The translations under genes were made by a program, and so were the position numbers. This document shows, piece after piece, positions 15,001-27,503 of a DNA stretch of 64,000 bases. This DNA comes from Antedon mediterranea (lineage: Eukaryota > Animalia > Echinodermata). Below the pieces are notes generated by a model. That model was not told the origin of the DNA. It searched no databases and saw nothing but the letters and a program-made list of their open reading frames with translations. The stretch is from positions 486,201 through 550,200 of the forward strand of contig NC_092670.1 in the NCBI RefSeq assembly GCF_964355755.1, written 5' to 3'. Position 1 is the stretch's first letter. Every line of letters starts with the position of its first letter.

Positions 15001-18000
15001 AACTATAGATACCGGTAGGGATAATAATGTAAACTATAGATACCGGTAGGGATAATAATGTAAACTATAGATACCGGTAGGGATAATAATGTAAACTATA
15101 GATACCGGTAGGAATAATAATGTAAACTATAGATACCGGTAGGGATAATAATGTAAACTATAGATACCGGTAGGGATAATAATGTAAACTATAGATACCG
15201 GTAGGGATAATAATGTAAACTATAGATACCGGTAGGGATAATAATGTAAACTATAGATACCGGTAGGGATAATAATGTAAACTATAGATACCGGTAGGGA
15301 TAATAATGTAAACTATAGATACCGGTAGGGATAATAATGTAAACTATAGATACCGGTAGGGATAATAATGTAAACTATAGATACCGGTAGGGATAATAAT
15401 GTAAACTATAGATACCGGTAGCGATAATAATGTAAACTATAGATACCGGTAGGAATAATAATGTAAGTCTATACATATGTAAACACACTGAAGAGATAAT
15501 TTTTCCATATTCAGATTGTTAGATCAATTTCAATTTTTCTCAAAATGTTATTTTAATTGATTGTTATTGAAATGGATTTGAAAAAAAAATTGTATCTAAC
15601 ATTAACACAAATCTTCTTCAATTCAGAGTGATTTAAATTATTTCCTTATTAAATTCATGAAAGTGAAAATGAAATCACACAACAAAACTATAATATTTCT
15701 CAAGGATAAAGATGGTTTTGCAGGTCAAAATGGAAGCTAGTATACAGTACTAAAAGAACATTGTACTAGTAATTAAGCTTCAACAATTACTCCACCATGT
15801 ATCTACTTTCAGATAATATATACTGTATTACCCATGTATCAACAAGGGAGTTATGGCAGATTTTTATAATTTTATTTAACATTTATGATGACTAGCTATG
15901 AATTTTGAACCATAATTTTATGTTCTACATCCTTGTTAAATGCTTTGTCTATCTTCCTGCTTGAATCAATTATTTCCTTAAAATATTAATATATCATTTT
16001 TAGAATAGAAAGCCATGGAAAATCCCAGCAAATTTCCAAATAAAAATGTTATGAAATGACTGTTACTTAGTTTTGCATTTATAAGTGATTTTTCTAAAGT
16101 TTAAAACCAATTTAAAGTAGTTAGTCACTATCTAACCAGGAACCAGGATGTACATTTCCCAAAAATGATACTTACAAAACAAGTAGACATCTTGAACCCT
16201 TTCCAACAGCACACAGAGCTATCAAACAAACAATGATCTCCAGGCTGAGTAACACAATGGTCCCAAGCCACCTGTAAAAAACAAATTCTGATGAATAAAT
16301 ACCAGGCACGGATTTAGGAGGGGTATAAACAGGCTGGATCCACTCCTGAATACCAATATAATATCAAGTTTAATGTTTTTTTGTTTCATCTTTCATCAAC
16401 TATAGCATGTGACTGAAATCAATTCTTTCTTAAGGAAAGTCACGTTTATTTTGATTATTTTTAATCAGTAGCTGCAATGGCATTGATATTTGTAAGATGT
16501 AATGACAAGCCTAAACCAATACTTTAGTTACCATTTATCAAGTTTGGTAAATGGTAACTATTACCCAAATGTTTTGACAGATGAATTTCAGGTTTAATGG
16601 GCATGGAGAGATTTTCATCCACCCACAGTATAAATATTGTCAGTAATTGATTGAATTCCCAGCTTTATCAACCAAGGAAACACAAAACTGTAATGGAAAT
16701 ATTGTGTATATACAGTATACATACTGTATATAATATGCCACTTTTGTCTCTCACTATAGAATCTGCCTTCACTATCAGTGACAACATATTCTACTAGGAA
16801 ACCCCCTACATATTTTACAAATCGCTCCTTGACTTTTATTGAAACTTGCTGATCTGATCAAAATTACTCATGACAACATTTATAGACTACAGAATATAAT
16901 AACTACAGTACATAGGATATTCATCAGAATTCTATTATTATATTACTGACTTGTATCTATACTGCAGGGGTACCGTATTATATTACTGACTTGTATCTAT
17001 ACTGCAGGGGTACCGTACTGTATTACTGACTTGTATCTATACTGCAGGGGTACCGTATTATATTACTGACTTGTATCTATACTGCAGGGGTACCGTACTG
17101 TATTACTGACTTGTATCTATACTGCAGGGGTACTGTACTGTATTACTGACTTGTATCTGTACTGCAGGGGTACCGTATTATATTACTGACTTGTATCTAT
17201 ACTGCAGGGGTACCGTACTGTATAAGTGCATTCTTCTATAATATGCCAGGTTATTTTGTCCTTGGCTAATGTACTATACATTGGAGTGCTTTGGGCTTAT
17301 GTCTAAATCAGTAAATATTAAAATATTATTTGATAAAATCCAAAAAATAAAAGCCTACCTAAAATATTCATATTTCTCGAGGTCATCTGCTTTTGAGGTC
17401 AAGTTCAACTTAACGCTATCAGCATCAGTACTTATTCGTGAAACATTGTCGGCTGTACTGTATGTATAGCGATTCAGGTTCTCCGTCAGTGCAAGTAATT
17501 CATCACGTTTCTGTCTGTCTTGTTCATTCATGAAGATTTGATTTAAATTGTCAATGTTCGTTGAAATGTCATTTTTGTATGTTGCTATTATCTTGTTCAC
17601 CTGTAACATAATGTTTAATTATCATCGTTAAAATAAAAAGAAAAAAATCAGAAAAAATGTTGATACATTGAGAACAATCAAAAGTTTGTAACAGAATTCC
17701 GAGTTTAATGATACAGTATTTTAATTCATGTTTTGTTTAAAATTCTATGACTACTGCATATATACAGTATATATATAAATACAAAGGCAAATTACTGAAA
17801 ATAATGACAATGCTGTGGGTATCAATGGCTGGATCTCAATGGAGATACAAAATGACAATTCTGTGGGTATCAGTGGCTGGATCTCAATGGAGATACAAAA
17901 TGACAATGCTGTGGGTATCAGTGGCTGGATCTCAATGTAGATACAAAATGACAATGCTGTGGGTATCAATGGCTGGATCTCAATGGAGATACAAAATGAC

Positions 18001-21000
18001 AATGCTGTTGGTATCAGTGGCTGGATCTCAATGGAGATACAAAATGGCAATGCTGTGGGTATCAGTGGCTGGATCTCAATGGAGATACAAAATGACAATG
18101 CTGTTGGTATCAGTGGCTGGATCTCAATGGAGATACAAAATGACAATGCTGTGGGTATCAGTGGCTGGATCTCAATGGAGATACAAAATGACAATGCTGT
18201 GGGTATCAATGGCTGGATCTCAATGGAGATATAAAATGACAATGCTGTGGGTATCAGTGGCTGGATCTCAATGGAGATACAAAATGACAATGCTGTGGGT
18301 ATCAATGGCTGGATCTCAATGGAGATACAAAATGACAATGCTGTGTGTATCAGCTGGATCTCAATAGAGATACAAAATGACAATGCTGTGGGTATCAATG
18401 GCTGGATCTCAATGGAGATACAAAATGACAATGCTGTGGGTATCAATGGCTGGATCTCAATGAAGATACAAAATGACAATGCTGTGGGTATCAGTGGCTG
18501 GATCTCAATGGAGATACAAAATGACAATGCTGTGGGTATCAATGGCTGGATCTCAATGAAGATACAAAATGACAATGCTGTGGGTATCAATGGCTGGATC
18601 TCAATGGAGATACAAAATGACAATGCTGTGGGTATCAATGGCTGGATCTCAATGAAGATACAAAATGACAATGCTGTGGGTATCAATGGCTGGATCTCAA
18701 TGAAGATACAAAATGACAATGCTGTGGGTATCAGTGGCTGGATCTCAATGAAGATACAAAATGACAATGCTGTGGGTATCAATGGCTGGATCTCAATGAA
18801 GATACAAAATGACAATGCTGTGGGTATCAATGGCTGGATCTCAATGGAGATACAAAATGACAATGCTGTGGGTATCAATGGCTGGATCTCAATGAAGATA
18901 CAAAATGACAATGCTGTGGGTATCAATGGCTGGATCTCAATGAAGATATAAAATGACAATGCTGTGGGTATCAATGGCTGGATCTCAATGGAGATACAAA
19001 ATGACAATGCTGTGGGTATCAGTGGCTGGATCTCAATGGAGATACAAAATGACAATGCTGTGGGTATCAGTGGCTGGATCTCAATAGAGATACAAAATGA
19101 CAATGCTGTGGGTATCAATGGCTGGATCTCAATGAAGATATAAAATGACAATGCTGTGGGTATCAATGGCTGGATCTCAATGAAGATATAAAATGACAAT
19201 GCTGTGGGTATCAATGGCTGGATCTCAATGGAGATACAAAATGACAATGCTGTGGGTATCAATGGCTGGATCTCAATGGAGATACAAAATGACAATGCTG
19301 TGGGTATCAATGGCTGGATCTCAATGAAGATACAAAATGACAATGCTGTGGGTATCAATGGCTGGATCTCAATGAAGATACAAAATGACAATGCTGTGGG
19401 TATCAATGGCTGGATCTCAATGAAGATACAAAATGACAATGCTGTGGGTATCAATGGCTGGATCTCAATGGAGATACAAAATGGCAATGCTGTGGGTATC
19501 AGTGGCTGGATCTCAATGGAGATACAAAATGACAATGCTGTGGGTATCAGTGGCTGGATCTCAATGAAGATATAAAATGACAATGCTGTGGGTATCAATG
19601 GCTGGATCTCAATGAAGATACAAAATGACAATGCTGTGGGTATCAATGGCTGGATCTCAATGAAGATACAAAATGACAATGCTGTGGGTATCAATGGCTG
19701 GATCTCAATGAAGATACAAAATAAAATAAGCAAAAAGCTAAATCAAAATGAACAAACAACAAGAAATATATATATATATTATACCTGTGTAGATACTTCA
19801 TTGATCGTTACATCCACGTCTTTTGCGGCATTCGTTAGTCGATTAACACCTGTGGAAGTTTCCTCATTTCCATAGAAACCAACAATTATAAAACTCCTAC
19901 AAAATAATCAGGTCATGTATATACTTAAAATTCATGGTAACATATTGTTTATTTTTAAACCAGGATCTCTATGATGATTGCAAACCATGCCTTATAATTC
20001 ATGCATGATGCAAAGGAAACTAGGACATGAGCAATGACATGGTTTGTACCTAGAATGAACGCAGTCAACTAGGACATGAGCAACGACATGGTTTGTACCT
20101 AGAATGAACGCAGTCAATTAGGACATGAGCAATGACATGGTTTGTACCAAAGAACTTATAACACAAGAATATCCTGTTCGTCCGAAGCGCGTAACAATTT
20201 CGAAAGGCATTGTGGGATAGAATAGAGCTATGGGTGGCGCCATTGTGAGCCATGGAGTAGGGCGCCCGCATCAAATTAGAAAGTCAAAATCATAGAGGGG
20301 ATCTGCTAATGCTCTAGTGGGGGTAGAGTAATTGACTGAGGAGTAGGGCGCCCGCATCAAATTAGAAAGTCAAAATCATAGAGGGGATCTGCTAATGCTC
20401 TAGGGGGGGGGGGGGGGGGTAGAGTAATTGACTGAGGAGTAGGGCGCCCGCATCAAATTAGAAAGTCAAAATCATAGAGGGGATCTGCTAATACTCTAGT
20501 GGGGTAGAGTAATTGACTTCCTAGTTTGGAGGGGGCGCTGCTCCATGCTGTAAAACTGGACCTACGGTTTATAGTCCTTATAAACCTGCCTTAAAATACT
20601 GTGACATGTTTCGAGAATATTCTTCTCATCATCAGAACATAAATCAACGCCTAGAGTACTTATATACCTACTGCCTGTACATTTAATGATTTTGATTTTT
20701 AATAATACAGTACAGTACAGGGTTGCTAGACAATATTTTACAATAAATGGATAATATTTCTAATCTATCTATTGTTTAAAAAAATATTATTGTACATTAG
20801 ATATTTAATACATGTATGCATAGGGAATGAATCATCGATATGTGAAAGTACAAACAAATAAAAATAAATGAAAGGTTTATTACGCTGTGCTAGTCAACAA
20901 TAGTGACAATTATGACTAAAGTGAAATTATTGAAAAGGAGCTTAATAATTGAACTTGAATGCTCAAATTAACTTGTTTTCATACAATGAATGAGTACACT

Positions 21001-24000
21001 TAAATGATATGCAACATATTAAAGTATGTTCATCATATCACTAACTCAGATAATTAAGTGGGAGAGAATTGCATATTAACAAGCACTGTAATAATGATTG
21101 GAAAAATGAATCAAGAATCAATTTGATTCTCGGCTATTACTATACAGTAGTGAAAATAAATAACGGCAATTATTTTTAAAACAAAAAGAGTTTTTCTACC
21201 AATATATTCCTGTTTACTGTTACTGTTTTTGATTGTTTAGTAGAATATAGAGTAAACTATAAGTATGCTGCAAGTATCTATTCTAGCGTATGTCCATTGT
21301 AAGTATATGCATGATAATAAGCCTAAATCACTTCCTATGTTATTAATATTTATCAACTCATTTTCAGGCAGAATAAGAGTTTTAAACGTACAGATGGTAT
21401 GCTAAGAGACCACCGTATGTTAATTCTAGTCTTTGTTTCAACGAGGAGGAGTTCTCAGTATCGTAAAGAAATCTAATTATGACAGAAATCAATTCCAATA
21501 CTGCAGCAGCAGCAGCCATTTATTATTAATGTCAGGTTGACAGGCTACGACTAGGTAGGTTTGTAGCTTGAATCATTTTAACAAGATATGCAAATTAGCT
21601 TGATTAGCATATTGATACAACATGACACAGTTTGTACTTATGTAGACCTATCAGTTCAACAATAATTGAACAAATAAATTGAAATGTGTTTAGTCTCTCT
21701 TTACTTGCAGTTCAAGTACCCTTGTTGTATCTTATCCATCTGAAATTATTCAGTGTGTTATGATGTACAATATTATTATGCAATCTGTGTAAAATACTGT
21801 ATGTTCTGTAAATAGTCTATAATAAACTTATCCACTCCATGATTTTAATTAAAAGGATAGCCTCCTTCTCATTAAATATGTAATTGGATAAAAGTGAAAT
21901 TGAGCCTAATTTGTAGGTAGGATTACCAGGGAGGGATGCATATTATACCAAGAACGGATAATTTGCTTATATTATTGCACGGAAATTAGTTAATACTGTA
22001 CATATCAGTGGTTGGATGTAGATACTGTACAATACCAGGTCTTATCAATTAGTTTACTATTCAAAGGATGTAAGAAAGAACAGACACATGTCAAATGAAA
22101 ACTCTCCAATATGGAAATTAATTAATTTGATTTAAAGTTTATTACAAACAGTGTTTCACCATTTTCCCACGATACATGATTTCCTCTGTGAAATAAAGTA
22201 TCTTCTACTTATTAAACAATGAATTTTAATCCATTAATCATTAAAGTATCACAGGTATTTTTTAAGTTAGATAAAAATGCGAGCATTTAATAAAACATTT
22301 TCAGTAAATATTGCAAATGAAATATAAAAAATCAATTGAAAACTTCAGGTAAATTTACTGCTCAGTACTGTACTATAGGACAAAACTACAAAACCGTAAA
22401 CATACAGTAAGTACTTACAAAGAAAGCAATGCAGCAATTGCCAAGCCCCATGTTTTGGCTGCTGATTTAGTCCTGGACGGGCGCGTTGGGCTTCTTGATC
22501 GCCTCCTACGGAAAAATCCATAGCAACAGTATACAAAGATGACTAAGATGGTTAATATCAACCATGCCAACGGAATGCTTGCCAGAAATAACAGTGCCTA
22601 GAAAAAAATAGAAAAATAAACATTAATACAGTATTAATGGATTTCTGGAAATACAGTACTGTATGGGATATTCTACAGTAATTGGTCTAAAACAAACAAT
22701 TTTATTTCTCAAAGCAGTCGATTTTATTTTATTTATTTTTTAAGAAAAAGTCTGAAGAAAAAAAAAAGATTAATTTTTTTATTTCAACCATCTTTAAAAA
22801 GGGTCACCCTTCCAGTTTAGCCCAGTGGGTTAACTGATATTCAGGAGACCTCTTTAAAATTAAAATACATTTTGTGTTGTGAATGTAGAGTGCAGTTTAT
22901 AAAAAAAAATGGAAACCCAGAGTTAATTTTATTTGGTTATTGCTTTGTTCAGTAAGTTATATACTTAGTAGCCATGACAAACAGCTTGAAAGGGTTTAAA
23001 TATGTAAAATAAAAGTCTACAATTTATCATGTAAAGAGGTGAAAATGAGTCATTATACAATTAGCTTTGACAATTGTCTACTCAGAGTGCTAGTTAATTT
23101 TTGGACTTGACATTGTATTGTAAATAAAGCCTATAGGATTAGCGATGTAAAGATAAATGGGTTGTTTCTAAACTTGTGTCAACCTTAATAATATTATACT
23201 ATAGAATTTTATCACAACACAATATTATTTAAAATTAATTTTTAAATTAGTAATTATCATCATCACAAATGACCTTTCATTGGTTGATAAAACAGGTATG
23301 TATTCTGACATTTTCAATAAGTAATATAATTGCAGGATCCTTTCCCAAAAGAATTGAATAGCATTTATATTCTTGAATTATTGGTTTTCAAAAAAATGTA
23401 AATTTGCATCTAAATAACAAATGAACTAATTACTGTACAGGAACTAACAATTGATGCTAAATTTCTTTGTTTAGCAGTTTTGTCCTACTGTAGGCCTACA
23501 GTACATTATTAAAAGGTTGTTTAAAGCTCAGGTACAGGCATGACATTTTAATAAAAATTTTGGTTAATTGTACATAAATCAAATATTTTTAAAAGAAATC
23601 AAGACGAAAAAACATGAATTTCCCTTAATATCGTCAAATACAAAATTTGGCAAAATTCTTCCATAAAAACCAGGAAGACTTTTTTTCAGTAGTTGGGTGG
23701 TTAACCTAATGTAATAACATGTCTGGTGACTCCCTAGAAGGTGAAAAAAGATGGTGGATATACGGTGGATAATTTTTGCTATAGCATGAAAATAAAAATC
23801 TGAAGTTGAATAAAAATACCAGAAATGTAAAATTCAAGTTATATTACCTATATTTAGTCATCTGATAACATTTTTTACCACACTGTTTAGTTTTCATAGC
23901 TTTTTAAAATGCCTCTCTATTTACAAAATTTGTGTACAAAAGAATAGAGATTTTACTGTGTAATTTGAACTATCCCCCACTGATAAGAAAGTGCTTATTT

Positions 24001-26819
24001 TCAACAAGCTTGTGTAACACAAATAAAATCCCAAAAATTATGAAACATAGGGGTAACTATAGATCGATAATTATTGGAATGTATGATCAATAGAAATTTT
24101 TTGCCCGCACCTGGCCTTTAAAGGGCAAAGTCATGTCTGTAGTATTGTTACTGTATGTGTACCAAAGGGCATCAAGCACAGCAAAGTGAACGTTTATTTT
24201 AGATGGTAAGAGATAAAATTGACAGCCTGTATAAACGTCAATAAGAACATAAATGATGACGTACAATATTACATTATGACGTCACCGATACCGATAAATG
24301 TAAATGCTGGTATGTGTTGCATTAGCAATTTGCTACGAATGAAATGTCCCAAGGGGTTCAACAAAGGGCCCTGGTAGCGCCCGTTAGTTGCTGCATATTG
24401 TTATTGTATTCGATTATAATCACTATTCGGCATTCCATAAATTAACAATTAAATATCTAAATAACATTAAAGATGTTTTAGCATATGTACTTAATAACAT
24501 TACATTTTAATATGTGGGAACTACTAGATGTCGATTAGTACAGTATACTGTAGATTTGTTAGCTTCTGGTATTAAGTTCAAATCATAGGCTCTAATATTA
24601 AATGTGTGGAATAATTGTAGGAGGAGCAATTTGGAAATGAAATGACGCAAGTATGTATTTACACAGCCTTGTCTTTTTAAAGTCACAATTCCCACGGGGG
24701 ATTTCAAAACGTCATTCCTGTCTGAACACAGTGCAATTATATTGATTATCTCAATATCAATTCAAATTTCAAAATGTTCAAAATTGTATTTCATTTATTT
24801 TAAATGATATTCACATTAATATAAATGTATGCATGTATTGATGATTGAAATGAATGCTTCACTGAATCTCACATTAACATAATAATACATGCATACAATG
24901 CAGTAACCTATTTAGTGTATAAAAGGATTGATTGTATTTTAACCAAATAAAGGTAGGCATCTTTTCAACATATTTCTATACAAAGTGTTCAATCACTTTA
25001 CATAATAATAAAATGTATTTCAAGATTATCAAATGATCAAATAAGGATATACAATACAATAACAATGCACTTAAGTGCAATAATGTGTGTGTATTCTATA
25101 TAATGTGTGTGTATTCTATATAATGTGTGTGTATTCTATATAATGTGTGTGTATTCTATATAATGTGTGTGTATTCTATATAATGTGTATGTGTATTCTA
25201 TATAATGTGTATGTGTATTCTATATAATGTGTATGTGTATTCTATATAATGTGTGTGTATTCTATATAATGTGTGTGTATTCTATATAATGTGTGTGTAT
25301 TCTATATAATGTGTGTGTATTCTATATAATGTGTGTGTATTCTATATAATGTGTGTGTATTCTATATAATGTGTGTGTATTCTATATAATGTGTGTGTAT
25401 TCTATATAATGTGTGTGTATTCTATATAATGTGTGTGTATTCTATATAATGTGTGTGTATTCTATATAATGTGTGTGTATTCTATATAATGTGTGTGTAT
25501 TCTATATAATGTGTGTGTATTCTATATAATGTGTGTGTATTCTATATTCCTATTTTATTCTATACCGTATCTGTTTTTTATCGTACTAATATTTGCCAAT
25601 CTTTCTATTGCTATTTTATTATAAAGTTTTTTCAGTATTTTTAATTTTAAAAAATCTAAATCTTCTGAAAATAACTATAAGTAGTCACATTATGTCAGGC
25701 CAAGGGTGTCCAGATTTGGGAGAGGTGTCTGTATTTCAAGTACGTGCTCATTTGTCTTGTTACGCTTCTAAATATTGAAAGCAGATTTAAATGGCAAACA
25801 TTGTCCAGACTAAAGTTTAAATTATTAACTGTTGTTACTAACAACTTCCTTCTGCAGATTATACTCTATTGTTGTCTAACAACCATCTTTTCCTGATGTT
25901 ACAATTCATTAGTGTTTAAACTTATAACCTCTCGTTTTACTTTGTAAGCATCATGTAAACATACATTATTATTCATTCTAAATTTAAATTTCTAGCATTC
26001 TACTGTAAGTAAGTTAAAGAATAGTATGCAAATAGTATGCAAATAGTATGCAAATATTTTAATTATTTATATTATTAATGCATTCTAGTGGATTCGAGAG
26101 AAAAAAAATTCAATTATCCTTGTTTCAAAGTTTGGGAAAGTGTGTACTGTACTGTTTAGGTCTCGCTATAATTAAATATGGCATACATAGAAATTCATCC
26201 AAAAACAAACAAATTGGCAACAGGGTTATTTATGGAGGAGTCGGCAGACCAGGTACAACCTACATAAATTACAATATAGACTAATAATAATCTTTATTTA
26301 TTCACGGACACTTAACTCTTCGCTTAACTCTCACCTTCCTTGTGCTAAAAATGAATATCGGTTTAGTAACATTTTTTTAACTGAAATTGGTTAAACAAAT
26401 ACTCAATTAAAAAGCAATACTCTTTTTAAAACCTTATATACTTCCACCTAAACCGTTGGCCAACAAACAAATAAAAATTGGAAAAAAAGCTGGTGGGTGT
26501 AAAAATCTATTCATTTAATTATTCAGTATTCAACAATGGAATACGTATGGCGTAACAAAAAAATAATACAGTTACTCTAATGGCAACACTAGGAGATGAT
26601 ACAATATGGCAAAAAAATACTGGAATAGTTTTAACTGTAAAAAATATGTGTTGTTAATAAACTCCTCCTCACCTGACGATACTCCTCCTGGTCAGGCTGG
26701 AACGAGTCGTCCACGGTCTCAAACGACTGGTATTTGATATGCGGCCAGGAATGGTACCATTCTGTCAGCCAGTATACCGTGTAATTACTCCGCCAAGAAT
26801 AGCTTACAAGTTGCCACAT
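1..26819 (-). CDS. TTYH: Tweety homolog (TTYH family membrane protein), 13 coding exons visible, 3' end beyond the left window edge
   Basis: Hand-spliced GT-AG exons with consistent phases: 26673-26819, 22419-22597, 19785-19896, 17359-17600, 16176-16271, 14606-14678, 11248-11323, 11112-11167, 9188-9277, 5294-5427, 679-774, 151-303, 1-30 (partial). The translation has tweety hallmarks: YWLTEWYHSWPH..SFQPDQEEYRQALLFLA, IVGFYGNEETSTG, YEYFRWLGTI, GASDFCVDPNTYV, YYLTC..NPY, DYVIGLYSMCYD, DYEVDREDPFLP, and five hydrophobic segments. Confidence 0.93.
508..649. mobile_element. Palindromic MITE family A, copy 1
   Basis: TIR AGCTCTGTCTACACTATCAAACT / AAGTTTGATTGTGTGGACAGAGCT with internal ATATGGGCACATCACATTT. 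Related copies at 9801-9940, 30430-30550, 34960-35124, 38225-38385, 45245-45325, 48419-48544. Superfamily not resolved (T/A-rich flanks). Confidence 0.85.
838..5120. repeat. 63-bp minisatellite, ~68 copies, in tweety intron 10
   Basis: Unit GTGTATAAAAGTGTATAGCATGGTATAAAAATAGATCACAGTGAAGTCATCAATGACGGCCAT with a few substitution variants and no indels. It explains the 1502-aa ORF. Confidence 0.99.
6672..6846. mobile_element. Degenerate TIR element (MITE-like)
   Basis: Imperfect terminal inverted repeats AACAGGCATATCCCTC..GGTATAGTCC / GGGATTATACCAGAGGATATTTGCTTGTT. Confidence 0.5.
7341..7527. mobile_element. Tc1/mariner-pogo (Tigger-like) MITE, 187 bp
   Basis: Perfect TIR CAGTCAACTCTCCCA / TGGGAGAGTTGACTG flanked by TA on both sides. 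Confidence 0.85.
8143..8310 (-). mobile_element. Short (TA)n-flanked element with hammerhead ribozyme (Penelope-like/retrozyme-type fragment), copy 1
   Basis: The ~105-bp body is shared with 17776-19750 and 30227-30330. The hammerhead motif lies at its 5' end (minus strand) and (TA)n at its 3' end. Confidence 0.7.
8272..8308 (-). ncRNA. Minimal type I hammerhead ribozyme motif
   Basis: Minus strand: GCA-CUGAUGA-A-GGGC-UAGUGUU-GCCC-GAAA-GCUC-UGC. It has the core boxes, a 4-bp stem II, a palindromic AGCU stem III, a CUC cleavage triplet and a 3-bp stem I. Confidence 0.7.
10185..10314 (+). mobile_element. SINE/LINE (L2-type) 3' tail remnant
   Basis: AAAGCGCC...GGCGCTATATAAG stem-loop followed by a (TAT)n tail, the typical L2-derived 3' end. 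Confidence 0.55.
14254..14467. repeat. Diverged ~90-bp tandem repeat, ~2.3 copies
   Basis: AGAGTTGACAGAATACATTCTGTAAA recurs at ~14260, ~14353 and ~14441. Confidence 0.85.
14814..15465. repeat. 31-bp minisatellite, ~21 copies
   Basis: Unit AAACTATAGATACCGGTAGGGATAATAATGT, nearly invariant. Confidence 0.98.
16936..17222. repeat. 40-bp minisatellite, ~7 copies
   Basis: Unit TATTACTGACTTGTATCTATACTGCAGGGGTACCGTA(TTA/CTG). Confidence 0.97.
17802..19722. repeat. 48-bp minisatellite, ~40 copies, inside copy 2 of the hammerhead-associated element (tweety intron 3)
   Basis: Unit AAAATGACAATGCTGTGGGTATCA(A/G)TGGCTGGATCTCAATG(G/A)AGATAC; one unit near 18350 lacks 3 bp. The flanks match the single-unit copies at 8143 and 30227. 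Confidence 0.99.
20018..20149. repeat. 49-bp tandem repeat, ~2.7 copies
   Basis: Unit AACTAGGACATGAGCAATGACATGGTTTGTACCTAGAATGAACGCAGTC at 20018, 20067 and 20116. Confidence 0.93.
20254..20518. repeat. ~86-bp tandem repeat, 3 copies with variable G-run
   Basis: GGAGTAGGGCGCCCGCATCAAATTAGAAAGTC... at 20254, 20340 and 20436; the second copy has an expanded poly-G. Confidence 0.93.
20600..20639 (-). ncRNA. Second minimal hammerhead ribozyme-like motif
   Basis: Minus strand: UGUU-CUGAUGA-U-GAGAA-GAAUA-UUCUC-GAAA-CAUGUC-ACA. It has a 5-bp stem II, a palindromic ACAUGU stem III and a GUC triplet; stem I is imperfect. Confidence 0.55.
25081..25546. repeat. 20-bp minisatellite, ~23 copies
   Basis: Unit TATAATGTGTGTGTATTCTA, with three 22-bp variants near 25180-25245. 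Confidence 0.98.
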
Positions 26820-27503
26820 TTTAAATCATTCTTATCCCTAACATCCATATAAAGAATCCACTTATTGTAGACAATTATTCGTAATTCCGTTGTGTTTAAA
26901 TTCCAGTTTACTGTAAATGTAAGTTTCTGTTTCGTTTGTTGCTTACTCCCTCTCAGTGCACTATCAACTACCAACTAGACTATTACAACACTGCAAGGCC
27001 ACTAAGCAGTCACGCTTCACTGATTCCAGTCATCAATCACTCGCCGCCTCGCCACCAATAAATAACTATTATAAACTTGTTTTCTTATTTTTAATTCAAT
27101 CTACTTAACAGCCTCAAATATGGTGGTTAGCAAATGGTTTAATTACATAACATATTCATTGTAAAATTAACAAAACCAATTTGTTTTCATGAAGAACCGT
27201 TTCTCCGACCATGATGTTATTGTTATATATAAATATTTATAACTGCAAGCTAAAATTAACTTTTTATTTGAATAATATAATCATACTCTATGTACGGTTC
27301 TCGATAGTTTATTTTACAACTTCCTGGTTTGTGCAACAAAGGCTATCCAACATTATAAGCACCCATTTTCTGTTTTTAAGTGCCTGTAGGCCTACTCTGC
27401 TTTAAATCCATAATCATCGTTATTTTTAGCTTGCAATTTCCATTCCTGGCAGAAGTACTCAGAAATGTTTGTTTGTTTTAATTGTAAATGAAAGTATAAC
27501 ATT

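Noticed and set aside
17747-19875. Several overlapping repeat ORFs on both strands (660, 234, 206 aa and others)
   Set aside because: These are by-products of a 48-bp unit that is open in several frames. Read-through from tweety exon 3 hits TAA immediately, and single-unit copies elsewhere show a mobile-element origin.
24068-24443. Possible degenerate TIR element (AATTATTGGAATG / CATTCCATAAATT)
   Set aside because: The inverted match is short and AT-rich, with no clear TSD or second copy in the window.
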